A DNA stretch of 64,000 nucleotides from Oikopleura dioica. Lineage: Eukaryota; Animalia; Chordata. The position numbers and the translations under genes were made by a program. Positions 1 through 10,200 of this stretch are shown one piece after another (the first letter of the stretch is position 1; every line of letters starts with the position of its first letter). The stretch covers positions 7,626,001 to 7,690,000 of the forward strand of contig OU015569.1 in the NCBI GenBank assembly GCA_907165135.1, written 5' to 3'. A model generated the notes under the pieces. The model saw nothing but the letters and a program-made list of their open reading frames with translations, searched no databases and had not been told where the DNA came from.

Positions 1-194
1 ATCTTTCGGTAAACGAGAAATTTTCAACAGGAATGGGCCACTTAACTCTGCGAATGTGTATTTGACCGGTGCTTTAAAAAAAGCAACGTGTGATACTGAA
101 AGCCTAAATATTTATTAGCCCTTGTTAAATAGCCCTTTATGAAAGGTTGAAAATATATAGGTAGCCATTAGGAAGACATATTCGAACCCTATTT

Positions 195-1640
195 ATGGGG
201 ACACCATCTCCTCCACCAAACGAAGACGTGGAGAAGAAACCAGCGGCGGATAAAGCTGCTGAAGTGAAACAGAGCACCCGAAAAAACTCTCAAGCCAAGT
301 TTAGTAAAGTACCAAAAATAGAGCACTTCTCAAGGTGACAAGTCCAGAACTAACCGTTTCTCCAAAAATTATGGTAGCGTAATTGATTTTCTAGAAATTG
401 CATGTTTGTGAGTGGTGTTCCCTTCATCGAAACTAGATTTTTTTTTACTTCGATCGGGGCACAGTTGTCTTTCTAAACCTGGAGAAAGAACGAGAAGATG
501 AGCGAAATGGGAAGGAAAATGTTCAAACGCAAAACGCAGAAAAAGTGCGAGATGGTCAACCAGGGAGTACCGGCAGTGATTTGGCTCAAAGAAGGAATCC
601 GGAAAGTGGAGCTAGCTCTAAGAGAACTGAACCAAGAAGCTCAACATCTGGTAGAACTTCAAAAAGCCACAGAAGCTCAAGAAGCGAGGGACGCAGCTCG
701 AAGGGCGAGAAAGAGGAAGGGAGACGCAGAGGATCAAAGAAAGTGCAAATCGACAACGCCAATGGAGGAACAAAGCGAGACTCCAAAGGACGTCCTCGAG
801 AATCCACAAAATCTAAACGAAAATCCCGAGAGTCAGAAGAGCTGCGAGAACTAAAAGAAAAATATGAGCGAAAAAGACGAAGTAAGAAAGGAACAATTGA
901 TATCGGGGACGATATCCAAGTCTGGGTTTAAATACTAATCATAATTCAACAAAAGTTTTTCTTCGACTGCCAATAAAAACCCCGTAAGAGAAGAAGTCGA
1001 GAAAGAACCATACGATCCCAATCGACCAAAAACACCTCAACAAAAAGTTTTTCTTTATATCGCCTTCGTCATTTACTTTATTATACCATGGTAAGATGAA
1101 TTACTTCTGAGAAAAATTCATCTGCTTAGGATGATCATTATAAGACAGTGCTGTAAATTATAACAGGTGCTTTATTCTCGACTAGCACGCCGCTATGAGC
1201 AACAGATAGAATGGTCCAATATGAATAATGAACTTGTGAAAAACCTGTCCAAGATCCTCTCCTGTCTGGAAAGATCAATTAGAATGCTCTCTAGTCATGT
1301 GTACTCCTTTTTACCTTGCTTTTTAGCAGCTTCTAAGGTAGTTGACATTTGGTTTTTAGTCTACTCGTAATCACCGCTATTGGATACACAGCTCTCAAAG
1401 ATCAACCTCGGCTACCAGACAACACGGATTCTTCAGGTAAATAAGCAAAGAAACTGTAGCTTTTGACCGACTCATTTAGTTTCCGAAGATATCTACCTCA
1501 AATGTTTTTTGTACTCGCGCAACGCAGAAATACCAGGCTTGGAACAGGTAATGAACTCAGTAGGACTTTTACGAAGCTGCTAAATTTAGGAGGATAAATT
1601 TATGTGCAGTATGTACCCGCTTTACAAGATCGTGAAATAA
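195..1640 (+). CDS. Probable multi-exon gene of unknown function: charged low-complexity region followed by hydrophobic, possibly transmembrane segments
   Basis: ATG at 195 (MGTPSPPPNEDVEKK...), a long K/E/R/S-rich open frame at 482-931, and hydrophobic exon fragments (KVFLYIAFVIYFIIP, LLVITAIGYTAL) separated by GT-AG introns. I could not assemble one fully consistent model and recognise no homologue. Confidence 0.35.
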
Positions 1641-4600
1641 CAAGTCTCCACTGCAAATACCAGAATAATTCAACCTTCGTCAAGCAAATCTCCGCCGCTG
1701 AAACGTAAGGCTCTAGGTTTATACGAAAAGCAACCTGAAAGAGACTGTAGTTTTACGTGTGGACGCTTGCTATGACATTCTTTTTCCTCCACTTGTTCAC
1801 GAATTATTCATCTTATTTATCTAATTAAATAATATATAATAATATATAAAAAATCGGCTGGAGTGAGTAGCTTTTAATATTTGATCAATATTTCAGCACT
1901 CAAATACTTCGAACTTACACCAGCATGAACAGAAACTATTCTTTATTTCAAACCCCTGGAGATTATTACTTATTCAGTGCAACAGCATCACTTATTCATC
2001 ATTGAAAGACCACCGCTGCCTTCTGAATTCTTCCAAGACAAAACTATTTGTCTAAAATTAATTTCATTTATCTGCGCTTAGTTTCGTTGTCTTAGTCGCT
2101 GCATAGTTGGAAAAAGACTCCTTGCTCTAAAGGGTGCCTTATTAGGGTGGCATTATTTCTCAGCGTCATATCCTGTCAAAATATGGATGCCAGTAATCTT
2201 CACATTAATCGCCGCGGTTGAGGCTCGTTGAGCACTTGTCAATGAGTATAGTCTCGCTTTTTGATGTAAATAGTAATCAACGGAATAGTGTGTCTCGAGT
2301 AAGCGGTAGCTATCCGACCGTGTTAATTACTATCCGTATCTTTACGATGTCACAAATTTTACTGGTCTTTTGATCGCGACAGCGTCATTAATAATCGACT
2401 TAGTTTTATCGCTTCCCAAAGACGCCGCGAAGCAACGAGCTATCCAACTGATTGCTTTTGAGATTAAGTTAACAGGTTCTGGCAGTTTGATTTCGCCCTA
2501 AAGGTCAAGGTGTTCGGACAAGGGGCCTCGCTGCTGGCCGGAATAATGCGCCATGAAATTGGCATTTTCCTGCGCGGCAGGAGCTACTTTAACTGTCGCG
2601 CTAGCAGTGCTTGATGATCCTACGTCCTGGCCGTGTGATGGTGGCATTAAGGGCTCGGAGCGTTATCGGCGAAGAAGACTTGTCGCACTCTTCGGAATTT
2701 GTGTCCTGCTGAGCGCGATAAGGCGGCGGAGATGCGCCTCGTTATCAGCTGCATTTGACTTGGGCGCGTATAATCGAGAGTGAAGCTGGCCGCCGGGCGA
2801 TGTTTTGCCGACTCGACCGAGACCACGGTGAGACTCCACGCGGAGTGGCCGCCGAAGCCACAAGCAGGCCGTCACGGGGACGGTAGTTTGACTTACTACA
2901 CTACTCAACCATCGCCAGATTATGGAGCGGGGAGCCCTTCGAAGGCAGCTTACGGCTGCTGACGAAATCGAATCGCTGCCGACAACGGCACCAAACCGAC
3001 AAAGGAACCAAACACCGCCGCAACCAAAGTTTGCTCCTCGCGATAAAAACCGACGGACGCTGAAGTTCAGCGAAACTCCGCGAGTGAGCAAACCGCGCGC
3101 AAAAGTCAGTAATCGCGTTTATTGCCGTTATTTTACGCTAACAAAAGCATTCTTTGATGAGTGATCCGATAAAGTGGAACATAGTTATCCGAATATTCTT
3201 ACATTCTCATTCTTGTAAAGTTGTAATCATGCGCGCTTGGATAAAAGTGGAATAATCCCCTTGGAATCCCCGATCCCGAATATTTAGAACGCAATTAGTT
3301 TGAAATTATGACGAAAACAGAGTCTCTAGCGTGAACAAGTCGAGTGCCGCTCTCTGTTTATGTTCGATTTCTTACAATACATTATTGTTTGGTGGGGAAA
3401 CAATGTTGTAAAGCACCACTCATTATCCGTGGATGAGAGTTGCGAGGACTCTCTTCTCTGAAATTGGAATCTTATTATGTTTTCGTCACCGAGGTCGCTG
3501 AGCATGAACTAATTAGTTCTGATAACTCAAGCTTGTCAAGTAAATTAGGGTGTGCTGCTTGTCTTCCCGCACTAAATACCCAAGAAAAGCGGCAATCAAT
3601 AAAACTTTGATTTCTCTATCTTTTGAGACATTGTTTATGTTGAAAATCGAGTTTAGAATGGTAGAAACGCTGAAACATTCTTGCTTGAACTTGATTTTTA
3701 CCCTCCCGAGCCGAGTGTACAAATCGGGATCAGCTTCTTTTTCCCCGTTTTCGTCGATGATGATTATTTTCCAATGCGACCATGATTCTACAACTCATTT
3801 TCGGAACTTTCATTCTCTAGCCTTTACCTGATATGAACACCATAATTGATCCTACAAGGTTATAAATTGGTTTATCGACAACTGTCAGGCCGGGACAGAT
3901 TTGGCGCCACCAAGTTAAATTCATTTCCTAAGGTCACGTGCGGTTTTTCGGGCAATTCTGTCTTGGAAAAGAATAATCACACCGAGGTAATCGTTGGAGC
4001 TAATGGCTCAAAACTCAATTATGCTATTTAGCCTTGCAAAAGCTGATTACTCCCAATCCATCAAATCAGCTTGACTGCCTTTGATTCCGATGTGTTTATT
4101 TTCAAGATAGTTAATGGTGGTAGAGCAGGAGGCACCTGAAGGTTAGATAGCGCTTGTTGCCGAAACAGCTTCAGAATATTGCTGTGCAATGAATAAAAAT
4201 AAAACGCTCCCATTGCGATGAAGCGCGTTTATTTTGGGCACGCCCGGTGAGTTATTTTTGCGGCGGATGAAGGTTACACCGTGCTCGCGCTTTTATCAAT
4301 AATGGCTCGGCGAATTACAGAGTACTCGGCAGCGAGTTCCTGTAACACCATGTTTTGGCGATACGAGCGCGCACGCACTTTGCTGATGTCGCGCGACGGT
4401 TAAGACAAGTTCCTTCGGTTCCGGTGGGCCGCAGCGACTCGCAAAATCTGATAAAGCGCGCTCTCACGAGAAACAATATTGAGGAACGGGCGGTGGTGGC
4501 GGCGGTGCAGGTGTGGTGCTCCTGCGATCAATTGGTACTTCCCGGTGTGGTAAGCTCATAACGCCCGATTTAGAACAAGTACCAGCCTCGAGGAGTCGCG

Positions 4601-5461
4601 TAACTGCACACTTGACGGGGAGCACTAGAGCTACACCAACATTTGGTGTCGGACGATTACCACGGTACTCAGCCTAAAACCGAAAAATTCATTTTGAGCC
4701 TACTCGTATCCTACTCGCGCGGCGCAGCTCCTCCGACACCACCAAATTAACTCACTACCTTGTGCACTATCACCGGAAGTGCCTAGACTGCTTAAATAAC
4801 GTGCTCTGAACACTAAATGCCTCCGCCAGCGCTATAATGGCTGCGGAAATAATTGACCAGAACAAAGGAGACCAGTTCAAAATTGAATTAAAGCCGTCTC
4901 TTGACAACACGATTATCCCTGTTTCCAGGTTCCTCCAATAAATTAACGACGTACACTTCATCGCTTTCTTATTGCAGCCTCCCTACTTATATCTAACAGG
5001 TGATCGAGAGGAAACGTGAATATTTAATATATTTAAACTTTAGCTGCTAATAGTGACTCCTAGACAAGCGAGTTCACTGGCTTCCACTTCAAGATAATGG
5101 GCTGGGCTAAATGAGCGACTTGAAAAGTAATCGCAGCTTTCGAAAGAGGCAATTTTCTCGATAAAATATCCTCATTACTAGAGCAAGCCTCTAACAAGCC
5201 TGCGAAAACCTGCAAAAATAAGTGAGTAGACCAATTTTTTTAGGAAAAACACGCCTACTAGGGTAGTAGTACTTCGGAGTGGCGGTGTATTTTTAAAGCC
5301 AAGAGAATGAAAAAAATCATCAATCAATTTCTATCTAGTGATTAAATCTGGCCGAAAGGCGCGTGGAAACAGTCCATGATGTAGTTGAAGTTTCCACGAG
5401 CTTCCAAAATATTTTTGAATATATTATTTTTTGCTTCATTTATTTCCAAAAATAGAACAAT

Positions 5462-6953
5462 TCAAAACTTAGGCCTTCTTTGTCTTCCCGTATACTTGGT
5501 ATTTTCACTGTGTTTAGTCGTCTTTCCTTTTCGCAAATGTCGTTCTTTTCTGGCAATTACTTTCTGCTTCCTTGTAGCGTTCTTGACTCCGCCTGCACTG
5601 CGAAAGTCTTTCGTTCGCATTCTATCGGTATTCGTGGCGGTATCCATTTCGTCAGTCAGCCCTGAAGACAGCGATCAACAAAGATGATAGCCTGACGCTG
5701 TAAAACAAACTAGCTCATAAATCAGTGATATGTCACGCATCATGTGTTAACGTTATGAGCAGCGCTCTATCACTGATTGTTTCACTAAATATGTAAGCTA
5801 GTTGATTTACGAGCAATAAATCAACTTGATGCGAAACTGTGATCATTTAGGAAGCCCATCACAACTCTAGCAATCAGCTAATTAAGCAATAAAAGCATTT
5901 GGCTCGCACTACACAGAGAGATTAATTTATTGAATGTGGTCAATTGAGAGTTATTATTTAAGTCATATAGTCTATATGATATAGACATAATCAGATTATT
6001 TCCTGAATTATTTGTATAGAAAGAGAAGTTTTAGAAGAGAATCTCGGAATAAATAAGCACACACACCTGCAGGGACTTGAGCTTGCCCCTGTTGAATTCC
6101 GGCGAAGAGACAAAGGTAGTATTTTTTTGCTTTAGCGGAGTTGGGATAATCAACCACCACACCGCCAGAGAATCCAGCGCGCGTTGCTTGATACATTATC
6201 AGTTCCATTTGATCAGGTGTCTCTGGATAAAGCTTAACCATATATTACACGCGCAATAACACTTGATTTGTTCACTGTCGAGGATAATGGGCTTTTCAGA
6301 TCATACGCAACAACGATAAAAATTTAACGAAGAAGCTCAAAAGACGATAACATTTAATCCTTCTTTTATCGCTTCTGGCAAACTGCAATCGAAGCGGAGA
6401 GAAAAGGCTTTTACCTGAAGTACCGCTCGGGCACCGTGCCTGAGCGACGAATAGAGCGTTTTGAAGAACTGGTAGAGTCGCTTAGGGGGCGAGTGGCCTT
6501 TCTTGTCCGCATTGCAAAGCCACTGAACTGCCGAAATTGAAATCGCGCCGTCGAAAACACCAGCTCGGTAGTGAATTCCTTGACCCATATCAGCCAGTTG
6601 AACGTCGCTAAAAGTAAAAATGGATGACTCTGCAACAAGAACCTCCAATCTTGCCGCTTCAAAACCACTTACCCATCTGTTTCCCGTTCGCTGACGGCTA
6701 CATCAAGCATTGCCTCAGATATATCCATCCCAACCCAGTGGTGTCCTTGCTCGCTCAGGCATTCCCCAGACAGTCCAGAGCCACAACCAATGTCTAGAAT
6801 AAAGGAGGGCTGATCTTCTGGAAGGCAGAGCATTTCAATCGCACGCTCGGACATGGTGGCTTGGATCTCCATGATTCGCGTATTTCGAGAATATTTTTTC
6901 GCTTCATCGGTGTTATAAAACACTTCTGGCGGGGCTGTGTGTTCAGGACGCAT
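5462..6953 (-). CDS. BUD23: 18S rRNA m7G1575/1639 methyltransferase Bud23/WBSCR22, 4 exons (6953-6673, 6607-6415, 6232-6067, 5661-5462)
   Basis: [14 protein letters not shown]-terminus, SAM motif [38 protein letters not shown], and C-terminal KERHLRKGK...[12 protein letters not shown]. All introns are GT-AG and in frame. Confidence 0.96.
5713..5826 (-). other. Cluster of inverted repeats in BUD23 intron 3 (candidate structured intronic RNA)
   Basis: Perfect stems 5720-5730/5768-5778 (11 bp), 5713-5720/5753-5760 (8 bp) and 5800-5809/5817-5826 (10 bp). Confidence 0.3.
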
Positions 6954-7299
6954 TTTTTGGTCCTCGATGTCAAACAATTCACGCTCACAACCGACCACTC
7001 TTAAACTTTTTTCTTTCGGATGGTCATTCGAATCAGAGCCTTTTAGCGTGAATTAAATTGAATTCATCATCTTCTATAAGGATAAGGCGACTCGTTATGA
7101 TGCGCTACGCATGAGAAATTTGAAATTATAATTTCTTTCATTTGCGTTCGCACAAGATGTTAAATTTCCTCTGCTAATCAAAGACACGATTTAACCAATC
7201 ATGCGATGCGTGAATTAATTATTTCTCAACAAGGCGATATTTTACAATTCATTGTATATTTTGAGGGACAGGATTCATACGGTACAGTTAGCATTCCTT

Positions 7300-10200
7300 T
7301 CATTTGGCAGCTTGTCGACGCGATTTCCCGAGTCTTTTCTGTGGCTTTCGCACACCCTTCGCTCCTGGTCCCCGCTTTCGTGGTCCACCAAAATGCGATT
7401 CTGCGTCGTTTCTTTTGTCTTTCTTTCCCCCAAATCCAAATTTAGCATTCTTCATTTCTCGTTTCGAAAATTTCTTTCCCTAGAATTCAAATTTTACTAG
7501 CTTTCTATTTTTTTCTTGATTTACCTTCTTCATCGGGTCTTTTTTGACCTTGTTAAAATCTGCGATGCCAGCTTCGCCCTTCTTCTTGATCATTTTGATT
7601 TCCTCCTTGGCAATCTTTCTTTCTTCTTGCTTCTTAACCTTGGCCTGCTTTTGTACGTCCTTGGCGAATTTCTTCTGCTGTCTCATTTGACGAATCTTGT
7701 CGCGCTTTTCAATCTTCGACTTCTGCGACAACAAATTAGCCTTCACTTTGCCCATGTGCTCGTCACTTTTCGCCATTTCCGCGAAGTAATCTAAAGCCTC
7801 AGTTAGACTAAACCCAACTTACAGAAATAGTCGCCACTGGACTAATGAATGAGACTGATAGAACGTACCTTTCGGCCTCAAGAGAGGTAAACCCGCTCGT
7901 TTCGACCTGATAACTCCGATTCGTGCGCCTTCTGTCGCTACTTTTTGGAAATGATCTTCCCTTGCGAAATCGTCTTTTAGAAGTGGATTTACGCCGTCTT
8001 CGCCTTCCTCTACCGGCTAAACGAACGTTTAATCGTATTCTTATTCTGACACACTCACCATCTCAATCGTGAGATCCAGCCTCTCGGTCCAATCCAATTT
8101 GTTCTTGAGAGCAGTGAGCTTCTGTTGGATCGCCTCAACGTTGTTGATGTCTGGGCGCTTATTCTTTTGACCAGAGATGGTGATTTTGGAGCCAGGCTGA
8201 ATAAGACCCGTCGCAATAGCCACCCGCAGCTCCTAGAATACCCATGCTAAAGTGCGTCAAAAGTATAGGTCATACTTAGGGTCTACGCGCAAAAAATGGG
8301 CAACCTCTTCCGCTTATTTTCACGGAAATCCAATTGTACCATATTTTAGAGCATCCCCGAATAAGTATAAATCGGTTTTAAAAAGAAAAAAAAATCGAGT
8401 TTTTCAACCCTTTTTCTCATGTCAAAGTTCCCAAATTGTGGTGTTTTTCAGTTTTTGGCACCGGAAGTGGGTCGCACCCCTATAAAGTACCCTTTTTTTT
8501 GTTCTCTGATAATAGCTTACCGTCTGTTGCATCTATATCAGCAAAAAAACTCGTATCGGGTACCTAGTGCAAGATGAGATTTTTAAGTCGGAAGTTCCTC
8601 CGGAAGCACTAAAAATGCCGAAATTCGCTCTACTTCTCTGAACTTGGGATTTCTTGAATGGATAACCCCTGCAACTTATCAGAACTGGTCTTACCAAGAC
8701 TTATCTAACCGAACCGCGGCCCAACCAGCCGGTAACCGCGGCCCAACCAGCCGGTTTTCTTCAAGAATCATCGAGTGAACCATAATAATGTATGTTTTTT
8801 TGAATATTGATCAATGGACGATCATTTTGCTCGGCCAGTAAATGGCCACTTATGGTCAACTTTGGTCTTGTTCGGCCGGAGGATCCCGGAGGACCTCCCT
8901 GGTGGAAGACCATCCGCTGGAAGACCAATATTCAAAATATTCAATATATGGCCGCGCTCGGTCAGTATATGGCCACCTTTGGTCATCATTGGTCATGTTC
9001 GGCCGGAGGACCCCGGAGGACCTCCCTGGTGGAAGACCATTAGATGGAAGACCAAAATTTAATAATAAAATAAAATGCCTTGCTGGGCTAAAAATTGACA
9101 ATTTCGGCAAACTTTGGTCAATTTTCACGCCCGTTCATTCTTTTCAATCGGTGTCAGGGCGAAGCCGACCCGAAGGGGAGGCCACGCTCGTTCATTCTTT
9201 TCAATAAGTGTCTGGGCGAAGCCGCCCCGAAGGGGAGGACACGCTCGTTCATTCTTTTAAATCAGAGTCAGGGCGAAGCCGACCCGTAGGGAGGCCACGC
9301 CCGATTATTCTTTCAATCAGTGTCAGGGCGAAGCCGACCCGAAGGGGAGGCCATGCCCGATTTTTCTTTTCAGTCAGAGTCAGGGCGAAGCCGACCCGAA
9401 GGGGAGGCCATGCCCGATTTTTCTTTTCAGTCAGTGTCAGGGCGAAGCCGACCCAAACGGGAGGCCACACCTGATTATTCTTTTCAATAAGAGTAAGGGC
9501 GAAGCCGACCCGAAGGGAAGGCCACGCCCGATTCTTCTTTTAAATCAGTGTCAGGGCGAAGCCGACCCGAAGAGGAGGCCACGCCTGTTCATTCTTTAAA
9601 TCAGGGTTTGGGCGAAGGCGACCGGAAGAGAATCAGATTTCCGTCCATCTTATTAAGTCTGAGGTAAAGCAAGGCTTGTCTCTAAAAATACTTCAAGTTC
9701 ACGAATTTTTTTAGATTTTCCGAATAACTTCGTCCCGGAAATCATTCGGAAGGTTTCTTACGGATTCAATATTCGGGATTTCAAAGCTTCAAAATCCAAC
9801 AGACAAAAGCGCAACAGAAAAGCCCTGTTAAATCCTTTTTGCCCTGACTCTGACTGAGAAAGATGATCCAACGTGGGCTCCTCTTTGGGTCAGCTCCGCC
9901 CTCCCTCTGATTAAAAAAAATAAACGAGCGTAGCCTCCCCTTCAGGTCGTCTTCGCCCTGTCACTGTTTAAAAAGAATAAACGGGCGTGGCCTTCCATCC
10001 GGGTCGGCTTCGCCCTGACACTGATTTGAAAGAATCAATTGGGCATGGCCTCCCGTTCGGGCCTGCTACGCACTGACACTGATTTTAAAAATAAAACGGG
10101 CGTGGCCTCCCCTTCGGGTCGGCTTCGCCCTGACTCTGATTGGAAAAAATGAACGAACGTGGCCTCCCCTTTGGGTCGCCTTCGCCCTGACACTGATTGA

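Noticed and set aside
6233-6414. Possible H/ACA snoRNA in BUD23 intron 2
   Set aside because: Only short 6-bp stems and common box-like hexamers; not distinguishable from chance by eye.
8807-9207. Short ORFs in the transposon arms (mirrored at 11963-12288)
   Set aside because: No transposase motifs; they are identical mirror copies arising from the inverted repeat.
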